Of a DNA stretch of 64,000 nt, positions 1 to 13,311 are shown piece after piece. The notes beneath the pieces are model-generated. The model saw only the letters and a list, made by a program, of their open reading frames with translations. It did no database searches and was not told the DNA's origin. The stretch is from Lama guanicoe. Its lineage: Eukaryota. The position numbers and the translations under genes are program-made. The stretch is from NCBI GenBank assembly GCA_013239625.1, contig MU053588.1, positions 1,994,508 to 2,058,507 on the forward strand, read 5' to 3'. Within the stretch, counting starts at the first letter, position 1. Every line of letters begins with the position of its first letter.

Positions 1-3000
1 AAGATACTATAACATGAATTGGTTTCACTTTGCAGAGAAACTAAAGGTATTTGGGACTGCTGATGAATATGTTTAGTGCCAAAGTGAAATATTTTCTATT
101 AAAAAAGAAGCTCATGGTTTATAGAAATTATTATTGGTATTTATGTTTGCCAGTCTACAGAATGCTAATGTAAAAGACAGTTCATAATTGCTTACTTCTT
201 AAAGTTTTCATTAGAAATTAAGGTTTTTAGTGGTTAAAATTATAATATATGTAATTAAAGCTACTGAAATAATAAGAGAAACATCTCAGTATGCCAGGAA
301 AGTAAGATGAATATTTTCAGTAAAAGAAGGTTATGAGGAATGGAATTGTATTTTGTTAAAGGGAAAAGGAATATTTTTGTCCTAGGAGTTGGTTGCTTCT
401 GGATGGAAAAAATAAAGGACAAACTAATATGAATGCAGAAAGTGATGAAAGTTTGTGGAAGAGGTATCCTGAAAAAAGGTGCTTTGTTAATGATCATGAT
501 TGATTAAATTTAGATTGATTTAAATGAGTAAATGGATTTGGTTATTAAAAGTAAGCTAATGTAAAACTAGAATTTGATTCTCTCTATAAAAAGGACAAAG
601 TTTTCTTAAAATGTTAATCTGCTTTTGGCAACAGATTGTAAAATTTCTTTTACCACTTAAGTGATCTGTTCTGTATTTTGCCTTTGAAATATTTTATTGT
701 AATCTGGGGAGTAAGTGTTGGTTCACAGTGACCTATGATCTTATCTGATCAAGTGTTTTAAAACTTTTTAACAAGTTTCCCAATACCAGACTCTGATTAA
801 AGTTATTTTGACCTAGGGAGAGGGCATAGCCCAGCGGTACAGCACGTGCTTAGCAAGCATGAGATCCTGGATTCAATCCCTCGCACCTCCATTAAAAAAC
901 AAACAAACAAAAAACCCCAAAAAGACAAATAAAAAATAAAGTCTATTTAAATAAACAGTTATTTTGACCTCCAGCTAACTTTGGGATGCTTCAGAGAGTC
1001 CCTGAAATATCCCACAGAGAGATATTAAACTAAGTAGGTTCATTTGGTATGTTAAATTGCATGAGAAGTATTAAAAATAAAAAATAAATCTGCTTAAGTT
1101 ATATTGTATCAGAAATACTATTAATATGGATATTCTAAAAATTATATGGAATTCCTAAAAATCTGGTATGTCTAAAATGTTACCAGTCATAATTCTGGTT
1201 ATTGTAACTAGGTTTCTTTATCAATTACAGAGTAACCAGGTGTTTAACCATACTTCTTAAGTCTTTAGTCATTCATAGGCAGTTATGGCTTTACTCTGAT
1301 GCCTTTGAAAACTGTTTCATCTTCAAGAAGATTTATAGAAAGGACTTTATGACAAGTACAAATTTCTGATAACTTTTAAATCATATGGCTGAACTAGGTA
1401 AGAAATTTAAAAGGTCTAATAGAAATTCTAACTTCATAAAACTGTTAACAAAAAGGAATAGCTACATGGGACTAAGTAAACTGATGAATATGTCATAATG
1501 TTTGGTTTTGTCTAAAATATAACTGGCTTTTAATCTGTGTTTTCCAGATATAAAGAAACCTTTCTCAAGTGAATTATGACTTACAGCAACTTGGTAAACT
1601 ATACCTTCGAAAGCAGATTTCAAACATTTATCTTTTCTCTCTATCTGACCCCTCCAAAGCCTGGAAACTCTTAGGTTCCTAGCAGCTATACCAGGTAAAT
1701 TAGGAAGGTCACCTCCTAACAGGTGCAAAAATCTCAAGGTATTTTGGGGACCTCAAAAAGGGAGGAATTCACTTAAGTCTGTAAGACAAAATCTGTAACA
1801 GTTCCTTGATGTGGCTTTCCTGGCCTTGAAAGTCCTTTTGGGAATTCAGTCTGAGACTCCTTCTGAGGAATTCCAATATAGCCAATTTAAAAGAGCCTAT
1901 GATCAATTAATCTTTATTTGGCTATATTTGATTTAAAATGAGGGTAATTATAGAGAGAGAAAGATTATATTTCAGTGGATATTAAATTCTAGTTTTGTTA
2001 ATTGAGGTCTGTATTTACTAAGACTCACTTCTCAGACCATTCCTTGCTGTTATGGTATATCGTTGCAAAGTTTAATTGAATTATTAAAAGGACAATCTAG
2101 TTTTGTTTTGAAGCTTAGTAATCTATCTTTGGATGAAGATCAGATGCCCCATGACCTGAAACCAGGAAATTATACATACTGGGAATGACATAATTTAAAG
2201 TCTATCTCCAACCTAGATGGAAGGACCTTTATCAGGTACTCTTAACTAGCTCATATACAGTAAAACTGAAGGAAATTGACTCTTGGATTAATTTCCACTC
2301 AGAAAGGGCCCCTACACTGGACTGGCATATAGAGAGGGCTGCTACATGTTAGTACAATGCTCAGATGGAGAAGAAGCTACCAGACCGGGATGAGAAGAAG
2401 ATGACATCTGAGGTAGACAACTAACCCAAGACACCAGACCAGGTCTGTATACTGGTTACTCTGATAACTGCAGACTTTTGCTTTAGAAACTAAATGTATC
2501 TCACAATCTTAAGTAGAGCTAAAATTAATCCAATTGGTAGGTTTATGGTCAATTATATCCAGTACTTCTGTGTAACCTTGGTGGATTTATCCACTCCAAG
2601 GCTCTAACTGGATAGCCTTTAGGAACTTTATTTTAGCAGAAAGAAGTTCTTGTCCTATTCAGGCCACTAATGATATTACTAGGTAGGATCCCCTCACCTG
2701 GCCAATTAATAACACCTGCTCTGATCCTGGCCATAAATATGAATTTTCTTATAAGATCACTCAAGCTCAATCAAGGCAACAAGAAAATTTCAGCCAAAGA
2801 ATATAACCTCCCTCATCAATTGCGGGATGGACTTACATGGTTGACACCAGACTATGGTCATTTAAGTTCTCTTATGTTGGGAAAATTAAATCTTAAGGAT
2901 AAGCAGCCTAATAATACTAGGAAATTGGGCTGAGTGCCTTATAGAAAATGCCAATGCATAATTTCCCTTAAAAGATATGGACTGGTGTAGAACAGACTAA

Positions 3001-3460
3001 GTCAGACAATCTGAGGATAAACTAGGCTGCACCTAATGGAAGTTCTTAACTTAAATTCTTACTTATGACCTTACTATACTGCTAATATTTGCATATTGCC
3101 TGTTTTATGAAATTGTTTCTTACATTACCAAATATGTGACTGAACCTCTGATAAAATAATGACTAGACAACTTGAAGCAGTTGACCAGATATATAGTTCT
3201 ACACAAGATTTGTAATTATAATAGTGTAACTCTAGATTTGTGAAGAAGCAACAAGAGGGAATATTTTCCTGGAATATAACAGACTAGTAAGGCGGGTGGT
3301 CCAGAGACTTTTGGCTATTAACAAGGCCTAGTCCAGTAGTAGCATACTGAGTGGCCTATCAACGAAATCCTTGCCTGACCTAGGAATGAGCATTCCTAAC
3401 ACTGTGGGATGAAATGGGGATGAAATGCCTCCCAAGCTATGGTCGAATTTATGACCATAA
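1..3460 (+). mobile_element. Decayed class I ERV internal region with integrase C-terminal remnant
   Basis: 2206-2289 translates to LQPRWKDLYQVLLTSSYTVKLKEIDSWI, a degenerate integrase GPY/F module. The AT-rich internal sequence is followed by an LTR remnant. Boundaries approximate. Confidence 0.75.
815..956 (+). mobile_element. tRNA-derived SINE (camelid Vic-1-like)
   Basis: A-box/B-box-like head (GGCATAGCCCAGCGG...GGATTCAATCCC), A-rich tail, 14-bp TSD AGTTATTTTGACCT at 801-814 and 957-970. Confidence 0.88.
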
Positions 3461-3464
3461 GTAG

Positions 3465-3700
3465 CCCTGCCAACTACAATTGGCACTTGCCATCTGCCTC
3501 TACAAGGAATAAGTCATAAGCCACTGCAGTCGCTGACCTTGCTGACCTTCAGCGCACCCTGAAAGGAACTCAGGGTAGAGATCAGGAGGACAGGCCTTCA
3601 GACAGTTAGATATTTTCAGGAGAAGATTTTCTGAGCCCAAATTCTTGCATCTCCTCATCTCTAGAAAAACACTAAAATCATTAACAGTGACATCTGCTCT
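3465..3700 (+). mobile_element. Partial ERV LTR (U3) related to the LTR at 4717-5212
   Basis: Shares blocks with the 4717 LTR: GCACCCTGAAAGGAACTC vs GCATCCTGAGGGAACTC, and TGAGCCCA..TTGCA..TAGAAAA..CTAAA.TC.TTAAC. Confidence 0.6.
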
Positions 3701-3718
3701 GGCCATTAAGGAGAGGAA

Positions 3719-4271
3719 TGTATTTGAAAGTCAGAATGAAATAACTGTAGTTCAGACATCCAAGGTAAAACTGTGAAGGAAAAACCCAGCTGGGCTAACA
3801 GCTAAGTCACAAATCTAAGTACAACAAGTGTCGGATTACTGATCTGAGTTCTGCTGGGCTAACTCATAAATCTGAAGTTTAGTGTCAGTCTATTGGGCTA
3901 ACGAGCTCAGTCACAAATCTAAGTGTAATAAATGTTGGTTTACTGATATAAGTTCTGCTGGGCTAACTTGTAAATCTAAAGTTTAGTGTCAGTTTACTGG
4001 GCTAACAAGCTAACTCATAAATCCAAGCTCAACAAGTGTCAGTAACGTGATCTGTTCCGAATTGATAAGCTCCAGTGTACTGATTCCTTGCTTTTTGTTG
4101 TTTGAGCCTTATTGGCTAATAGCCCATACTTGTAATTAACCCTATAAAACCTCATGTGCATGTCTTGGAGGAGCTTCGGAGCCCCCTCTGAGCCTGCCGG
4201 CGTAATAAATCTGAGTACTCCAACCCTCCGAGTGGTGCTTGTTTCTTGGCTGGCCTGTCATTTCCGTAACA
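3719..4271 (+). mobile_element. ERV LTR with tandemly repeated U3
   Basis: Polypurine tract AAGGAGAGGAA immediately upstream; TG...CA termini; CTATAAAA at ~4142; AATAAA at ~4204; internal ~103-bp repeats. Confidence 0.8.
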
Positions 4272-4716
4272 AAACTAGGTAGCCATTGTGGACGTGATTG
4301 CAGACAAGTTTCTCTATTGCTAAGAACTTGAGTTTTCTGAGCTGTGTCAGACTAGGGACACCACCAGGCATTCTCAAAGCAGTGTCTGGTGGCAACTTAC
4401 AGCTGCAACCTTATGATTTCAAGGTCCTGTCTTGTAATTACTAAGTTTCAGACAGTGAAATTATTTTAGATCAGATATTAACAGAAAAGACTTCTGTGTA
4501 GTGGTCAATAGCTCCTATTATGTACATGTAAACACCACATCAAAAGTTAGCATTAGACAACCGACTACCTGGCTATAAGTCTCCCAAAGTGACAAGCCTT
4601 CCCAAGGGGTTATGGTGACCTGGAGAGATAAAGTGAATGATGACAGTTAATAAGGGAAACCCAGGGTTCCTGGCAGTCTTAAAGAACCCAATAACTATAG
4701 CTTCTCTGGATAAAAC

Positions 4717-5212
4717 TGTGAATGGAAAATATTGCAAGCCATATCAGTAAACAAAGAATGCTTAGGCCATCAAGTCATCAGCTGCTACCACTAAACATGA
4801 CAGTGAGCTCAGGACACAAACAAGCAGGCAGCCCAGCTTCGGGAGCCACCCCCTCGGTGCATCCTGAGGGAACTCCGGATGAGAAAGAACAGGATCCTGG
4901 CCCTAGATAGCTAGGTGCACATCAAAGGAATGATTTCAATGAGCCCATACCTTTTGCACCTTCCCATACATAGAAAAGAGCTAAATTCCTTAACTTGAGC
5001 TATCTAGTTTTCTTTAATTAACAGTATTTTTTGTTGATGTTCTGACCACCTGGTATTTGTTGTAAAACTCCTATATATCCTGACTCCTCCCCTACCTCTT
5101 CACAGCAGTCTCTCAGAGTGATCTGAAAGGCTGTCATCAAGTCCTCAGAAATGTCCGCCCAATAAAACATCATTCCCAACTTCTAGGTTATGCATTTATT
5201 TCAGTCGATTCA
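4717..5212 (+). mobile_element. ERV1-type LTR
   Basis: TG...CA ends, TATA-like CTATATAT at ~5071, AATAAA at 5161. Confidence 0.7.
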
Positions 5213-5229
5213 ACTAACAATGGGGTCTC

Positions 5230-5717
5230 AATTAGTTGGTTTCTTAGTGGACACTGGAGCCACCTACTCTGTTCTAAATTGTAAATTAACCTCTTTAGGC
5301 AAGACCGCCATTCCAGTCTCGTGGGGGTAACTGGGCAAGCACAACACCGAAGCCTGTTTAATGCAAAAGGGTTTGCAGGACAGCCAGTGGAGCCCGTCTC
5401 TGCTGAACACCAGGGTCTCTTTAAGGAGGAAAGTGGCATCACAAAACCAGATGCCCTTAGATGTTTCACTTGCCTCACAAGGAGGAGCTTGCGCTGTGAT
5501 TCACACTTCTTGTTGTACTTCTATATCTGATGAATCAAATTCAGGACAAAGGAGATGCAGAGGCCTGTGCATCAGAAGTGAGTATCTAAGTCCCCGACCG
5601 ACCGGCTTTTAGGTGCCCCGGGCAATGCCCCAGTTCAGCAGGAAGCAGAGGGAGGAGGGACGACTCCTGTTCCCCTATTTCCATAGAAATGGAAGAAATG
5701 AACTAACAGCAGGGGTT
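5230..5717 (+). mobile_element. ERV env remnant (gamma-type TM subunit)
   Basis: 5442-5537 encodes QNQMPLDVSLASQGGACAVIHTSCCTSISDES: an immunosuppressive-domain-like peptide plus the CX6CC motif; followed by a short purine-rich stretch and an LTR. Confidence 0.85.
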
Positions 5718-6128
5718 TGAAGGAGTAGGAAGCAAACTAACAAACTGACTTCCCTGATGCCAGAACTATTTGCTGATTCATCCTTTACTAAGAATAACAT
5801 TAACCCAGAGGCTAAGCTAGAGGAAGGAGATAACAGGTTGATAATCTCAGAAGAATGGACAGATTCCTCCTGAAAATTCACTGAAGTTAAGAGGAATGTA
5901 GCTCCCTGTAGAATGCCCTGATTGTTATCACCTTCCCGTTCCATCCAGTGTTTCTATAAAACCTCGAGACCTCAATCCCAAAATGGGCTCACGGTCTCTG
6001 AGGCATCAGTGTGCTGTGACTCCCTTTGCCCGGCAAAGCAGTAAAGCTGCTCTTTCCTGTCCTCCCAAAATTCTGCCTCCGACTCTCAGTTTGGCTATCA
6101 GGGTACAGAGGCTGATTTTTCAGCAACA
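5718..6128 (+). mobile_element. 3' LTR of the env-bearing ERV
   Basis: TG start directly after the env remnant, CTATAAAA at ~5954, AGTAAA poly(A) variant at ~6039, ends CAGCAACA. Confidence 0.75.
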
Positions 6129-6129
6129 A

Positions 6130-7400
6130 TAACTCACTCAATAATTTTCTTTTTCTCCTGAACATCAGGGTAAAAGTGTGGCTAACGCAATAACCTTTAT
6201 AAATACAGACTTTAGTTAACAGAACTAGAATTTAGTATCTATTTTTTCCTCTAAAGTTACCCTCATCACCAAACACAGCCAAATTGAGGCTAACTTGTTT
6301 CCAAAATAAGCCTGGTCAATTGACCACAAAGGCGCTTCCAAACTGGCTGGGGTCGAAGGAGTCTCAGACTGAATTCCCCAAAGGCCTCTCAAGACCAGGA
6401 AAGCCATGCCAAAGGCCTGCTATCAGATTCTGCCTCAGTGGATTCTGCCTCTTCTAGTGGTCCTCAAAACATCAAGATTCCTGCACATGCCAGGAGACAG
6501 TCTTTGCCATTCACCTGATAAGGCTGGTCAGAAACCAAGAGTTTCCAATTTCTGGAGGGACCAGGCAGAGAGAAAAGTAAAATATTTCAATTCTACCCAC
6601 AGAGGTGTAACTTACCAAATTGCTATAAGTTGTGAGTAACTTGAGGGGAAATGCTTCCCTATGTCTGGAAAACGCAGATCAAAACCAGTAATATTCCAGA
6701 CAAAAACCATAAACATTTAAACCATATTTACCAGTTCACTAAGTAACCAATCCTTTCCTTAACTTTCTATGAAATCAGAGTTTCCATTAGACTTTTAAAA
6801 TTTCTTACCCAGTTTAGCAGTATGATTAAAAAGTTATCAGAAACCTGTACTTGTCAAAAAGTCTTTTCTATGAATCTTATTGAAGGTGAAGCAATTTTGC
6901 AAAGCATTAGTTTAACTGTCTACGAATGACAAAAGACTTAAAAAGGCACAAACGTCAAATGACAAAGTAATTAACAAACTTGGTTATAATAATCAGAATT
7001 ATGACTGATAACATTTTATCAGGATATACCAGATTTTTTAAGAATTCCATATAATTACTAGAATATGCATATTAATAATATTTACTCATACAGTATAAGC
7101 TAAGAAGTTTTCTTATCACTCATTTGACAATACTTGCCATGTAACTTAACATACCAAAGGAACCCAATCATTTTAAAATCTCTTTTTGGGATGCTCCAGG
7201 GGCCCTTTGAAGCATTCCAAGGTTAGTTAGAAGTAAAAGAACTTTATTTCAAATTTGATATTTGGGAAGTTTGTCAAAGAATTTTAAAACCCTTGGTCAG
7301 ATAAGATCATAGGTCACCGTGAAACAATACTTGTTCATTTAACCAGAGTGACAATAAAAGATTTCAAGGGCAAACTGGGAACAGATTGCCTAAAGGCAAA
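6130..7400 (-). mobile_element. ERV internal region in antisense, same family as positions ~1050-1950
   Basis: Reverse-complement homology to the first element; 6355-6377 is the exact reverse complement of 1841-1863. Confidence 0.75.
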
Positions 7401-9495
7401 GTAATCTGAGAGATTTCTGGTCAAGATGGTGTAGTAGTAGGACCACAAGCCCACCTCCCCTCGCAACTACAACAAAGCCACAACTGACTGCTAAATAACC
7501 ATTGGAAAAAAGACTGGAACCTAGCAAAAAAGATCTTCAACTGGAAACACAGAGGGAACCCCAGCAGGATGGTAGGAGGGGGTGTGCTCATGATATAATC
7601 AGGTCCCATAACCCCCAGGTGGGTGACCCACAAGCTGAAGAATAATTAAGTCACAGAAGCCCTCCCATAAGAGTGAGAGTTGAGCGCCACGTCAGTCTCC
7701 CCAGGCCAGGGTTCCAGAAGTGGGAGGAGGAGGAGGAGACCCCAGGATATCTGGTTTTGAAGGCCAGTGGGGCTTAACCCCAGGAGCCCCATGGGACTGG
7801 GGGAAACAGAGACTTCACTCTCTTGGGAAGTAAACACAGACTTTCGTGTGCACCAGGTCCAAGGGCAGAGGTAATGGTTTCATAGGAACCTGGACCAGAC
7901 CTGCCTGCTGATTTTAAAAGGTCCCCTGGGGAGACAAGGGGTGGCTGTGGCTCACCCTGGTGACATAAAAGCTGGTGATGGACATTCGGGGAGTGTTCAT
8001 TTACGTGAGCGTTCCTGGAGAATGACGTCTTAGGTCATTAGCACCAAGACCTAGCTCCACCCAATAGCCTGTAGGGTTAAGTGCTAGGAAGCCTCAGGCA
8101 AAACAATATTCTGGGTGAGAATGCTGCCCCACCCATCAGCAGACTTCCTGACCCCACAGCTGCCCCTAGACACAGCTCTGCCCACCAGAGGGCCAGGACT
8201 AAGCTCCATCCAGCAGTGGGCCGGCATCAACCCCTCCTACCAGGAAACCTGCGCAAGCCTCTAATCTGGCCTCACTACCAGGGGACAGATACCAGAAGTA
8301 AGCAAATAACAATCCCAATCCCAAAGCCTGTGGGAGGAATTCACAAACACAGGCCAGATTCTACCCTGGGATCTGCTGACTCTGGCCCTTGGGTGACAAG
8401 AGAGGAGTGCACTGCTGGGATGCATAGGACAAATGTCTCCCACAGAGGGCCACTTCTCCAAGGTCGAGAAGTGTAACTACCAATCTCAGAATACAGATAG
8501 AAATTTAGACAATATGAGGCAGCAGAGGAATATGTTCCAAGCCAAGGCACAAGATAAAATCCCAAGAAGAAATAAGTGATGAGGAGATAGGCAATCTATC
8601 TGAGAAAGAGTTTGGAGTAATGAAGGTGAAGATGTTCAGAGAATCTGGGAGGAGACTAGATGCACAGAGCGAAGTTTTTAGCAAAGAGCTAGAAAATATA
8701 AAGAATACCCAAACAGAGTTGAACAATACAATTACTGAAATGAATAATATACTAGAAGGAAACAAGAATAGACTAAATGAGGCAGGAGAATGGATCAGTG
8801 AGCTAGAAGACAGATTAGTGGAAATCACTAGCACACAACAGAAAAAAAAGAAAAAAGAATGAAAAGAAATGAGGATAGTTTAAGACACCTCTGGGACAAC
8901 ATGAAGTGCACTAATATTCACATTATAAGGGTCCCAGAAAGAGAAGAGAAAGGACCTGAGAAAATATTTGACAAGATAATAGCTGAAAACCTTCCTAGCT
9001 TGGGAAAGGAAACAGTCACCCAGTCCAGGAAGCGCAGAGAGCTCCAGACAGGATTAACCCAAAGAGGAACACACCAAGGCACATAGTAATCAAATTGATA
9101 AAAATTAATGATAAGGAGAAAATATTGAAATCAGCAAGAGAAAAACAACAAACAACATACAAGGGAATTCCCAAAAGGTTATCAGCTGATTTTTTTCAGG
9201 AGAAAGTTTACAGGCCAAAAGGGAGTGGCACAATGTATTTAAAGTGATGAAAGGTTCTTGTTCAGATTTGATGGAGAAATAAAAGCCTCACAGACAAACA
9301 AAAGCTAAAAGAATTCAGCACCACCAAACCAGCTTTATAACAATAAAGGAACTCCTCTAGGTAAAAAAAGAAAAAGCCACAACTAGAAACATAAAAAGTA
9401 ATCATGAGGGGGGAAGGTATGAATTCAGGGTATCCAAAATGCATCTGAAATTAAGAGTTCAGCAACTTAAAACAATCATGTGTATATGTATGTGT

Positions 9496-9497
<2 letters not shown>

Positions 9498-9544
<47 letters not shown>
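9498..9544. repeat. (TG)n(TA)n microsatellite
   Basis: Visible directly in the sequence. Confidence 0.95.
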
Positions 9545-11967
9545 GACTTCTATACCAAAACCTCATGGTAACTGCAAACCAATGTAACTCTATAGTCATC
9601 AAATCACAAGAGAAGAGAACAGACAGAAGAAAGAAAAAAAGACTTCCAAAAACAAATTGAAAACAATTAACAAAATGGCAATAAGAACATATGTATCGAT
9701 AATTACCTTAAAAGTAAATGGTTTAAACATTCCAACCAAAAGACATAGACTGGCTGAATGGATACAAAATAAAAGACCCATATATAAGCTGTCTATGAGA
9801 GACCCACTTCAAAGCTAAAGACACATATAGGAAAGTGAGGGGATGGGAAAAGATATTCCATGCCAATGGAAACCAAAGAAAGCTGGAGTAGTAATACTTA
9901 TATCAGACAAAATAGATTTTAAAATAAAGACTGATATAAGAGACAATGAAAGACACTACATAATGCTCAAGGGGTCAATCCAAGAAGATATAACAATCAT
10001 AAATATGTATGCACTCAATATAGGAGCACCTCAATATATAAGGCAACTGTTAACAGACATAAAAGGAGACATCGGCAATAACACAGTAATAGTTGGGGAA
10101 CTTAACACCCACTTACATCAATGGACAGATCATACAGACAGAGAATCGATAAGGAAATACAGGCCTTACATGATGCATTAGACCAGATGGACTTAACTGA
10201 TATTTATAGAGCACTCCATTTAAAAGCAGCAGAATACACATTCTGCTCAAGTGCACACAGAACATTCTCCAGAATCAATCACATGCTGGCCCACAAAGCA
10301 AGCCCTGGTAAATTAAAGAAAATTAAAATTTTATTGAGTATCTTCTCCAACCATAATACTATGAGATTAGAAATCAATTACAAGAAAAAAAAAACTGCAA
10401 AAACCACAAACACGTGAAGACTAAACAACATGCTACTAAACAACCAATGGATCATTGAAGAAATCAACTCTGAGACAAATGAAAATGAAAACACAATGAT
10501 CCAAAACCTCTGGGATGCAGCAAAAGCAGTTCTAAGAGGGAAGTTTATAGCGATACAATCTTACTTCCGGAAACAAGAAAAATCTCAAATAAACCACCTA
10601 ACCTGACACCTAAAGCAATAAGAGAAAGAAGAACAAACAAAACACAAAGTTAGTAGAAGGAAAGAAATTATAAAGACTACAGCAGAAATAAATGAAATAG
10701 ATACTAACAAAAAATAGAAAAGATCAATGAAACTAAAAGCTGGTCTTTGAAAAGATAAACAAAATTGATAAATCTTTAGTCAGGGACTTATCAAGAAAAA
10801 AAGGGAGAGGGCCCAAATTAATAGAATCAGAAATGAAAAAGAAGTTACAATCGACACCACAGAGATACAAGTGATCGTAAGAGGCTACTATGATCAACTA
10901 TATGCCAACATAAAGGACAGCCTGGAAGAAATCAACAATTTCTTACAAAGGTACAATGTGCCAAGACTGAACCAGGAAGAAATAGAAAATATGAATAGAG
11001 CAATTACCAGTACTGAAATTGAATCTGTAATTTTAAAACTCCCAACAAACGGAAATCTAGGATTAGATGGCTTGACAGGCGAATTCTACCAATATTTAGA
11101 GAAGAGTTAACACCTATTCTTCTGAAACTGTTCCAAAAAATTGCAGAGGAAGAAACACTTCTAAACTCATTCTATAAGGTCACCATCACCCTGATATCAA
11201 AACCACACAGAGATACCACAAAAAAAGAAAATTACAGGCCAATATCACTTATGAATAATACATGCAAAAATCAACAAAATATTAGCAAATCGATTCCAAC
11301 AATATTTTAAAAGGATTATACATACAACATGATCAGATGGGATTTATCCCAGTGATGCAAGGATTTTTCAATATCCACAGATCAGTCAATGTCATACATC
11401 ACATTAACAAACTGAAGAATAAAAACTTTCTCTAACACTTATACAAAAATAAACTCAAAATGGATTAAAGACCTAAATGTAAGACCAGGTACTATAAACT
11501 CCTTGAGGAAAACATAGGCAAAACACTCTTTGATATAAATCATAGCAATATTTTTTTTGAACCAGCTCCTAGAGTAATGGGAATAAAAGCTAAAATAAAC
11601 AAATGGGACCTAATTAAACTTAAAAGGTTTTGCACAGCTAAGGATACCATCAACAAAATGAAAAGACAACCTACAGAACGGGAGAAAATATTTGCAAATA
11701 ATGTGACTGATAAGGGACTAATTTCAAAAATATAAAAACAGCTCATACAGCTTAATATAAAAACAAAAACAAAAACAAAAACAAAAAACCACACACACAC
11801 ACACACACAAAACAAGCAACCCAATCAAAAAATAGGCAGAAAATCTAAACAGACATCTCTCCAGAGAAGACATCCAGATTGCAAACAGGCACATGAAAAG
11901 ATCACTAACTGTGATCAACATCACTAATTGTTAGAGAAATGCAAATCATGACTACAATGAGGTATTG

Positions 11968-13311
11968 CCTCTCCAGCATTTGTCATTTGTGGACTTCAAA
12001 TGATGGCCATTCTGACTGGTGTGAGGTGATACCTCATTGTAGTTTTGATCTGCATTTCTCTGATAATTAGTGATATTGAGCATTTTTTCACATGCCTATT
12101 GATCATTTGTATTTCTTCTGTGGAGAATTGCTTGTTAAGGTCTTCTGCCCATTTTTGGACTGGGTTATTTGTTTTTTTCTTATTAAGTTGTATGAGCTGC
12201 TTATATATTATGGAGATCAAACCTTTGTCAGTTTCATCATTTGCAAAAATTTTCTCCCATTCTGTAGGTTGTTGTTTTGTTTTACTTATGGTTTCCTTTG
12301 CTGTGCAGAAGCTTGTAAGTTTAATTAGGTCCTATTTGTTTATTCTTGCTTTTATTTCTATTGCTTGGGTAGACTGCCCTAGGATAACATTTTTGAGATG
12401 TATGTGAGATAATGTTTTGCCTATATTTTCTCCTAGGAGGTTTATTGTATCTTGTCTTATGTTTAAGTCTTTGATCCATTTTGAGTTTATTTTTGTGTAT
12501 GGTGTAAGGGAGTGTTCTAGCTTCACTGATTTACATGCTGCTGTCCAGTATTCCCAACACCATGTGGGGAAAAGGGAACCCTCCTACACTGCTGGTGGGA
12601 ATGCAGTTTGGTGCAGCCACTGTGGAAAAGTACACTATATGGAGATTCCTCAAAAGACTAGGAATAGACTTACCATATGACCCAGGAATCCCGCTCCTGG
12701 GCATATATCCAGAAGGAACCCTACTTCAAAAAGACGCCTGCACCCCAATGTTCATAGCAGCAGTATTTACAATAGCCAAGACATGGAAACAGCCTAAATG
12801 TCCATCAACAGATGACTGGATAAAGAAGAAGTGGTATATTTATACAATGGAATACTATTCAGCCATAAAAATGATAACATAACGCCATTTGCAGCAACAT
12901 GGATGTTCCTGGAGAATGTCAATTCTAAGTGAAGTATGCCAGAAAGAGAAAGAAAAATACCATATGAGATCGCTCATATGTGGAATCTTAAAAAAAAAGA
13001 ACATAAATACAAAACATAAACAGACTCAGACATAGAATATAAACTTGTGGTTGCCAAGGGGGAGGGGGGTGGGAAGGGACAGACTAGGAGTTCAAAATTT
13101 GTAGATACTGACAGGCATATGCAGAATAGATAAACAGGATATACTGTATAGCACAGGGAAATATATACAAGATCTTGTAATACCTCACAGTGAAAAAGGA
13201 TGTGACAATGAATATGTGTATGTTCATATATAACTGAAAAATTGTGCTCTACACTGGAATTTGACACAACATTGTAAAATGACTGTAACTCAATAAAAAC
13301 ATGTTTAAAGA
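11968..13311 (+). mobile_element. Young 5'-inverted L1 insertion (twin priming)
   Basis: 11968-12562 antisense ORF2, 12563-13311 sense 3' end with AATAAA tail; TSD AATGAGGTATTG at 11956-11967 and 13312-13323. Confidence 0.92.

Noticed and set aside
3791..4010. CRISPR-like regularly spaced TGGGCTAAC repeats
   Set aside because: The spacers are themselves repeats of each other, the array lies inside an LTR, the DNA is mammalian, and there are no cas genes.
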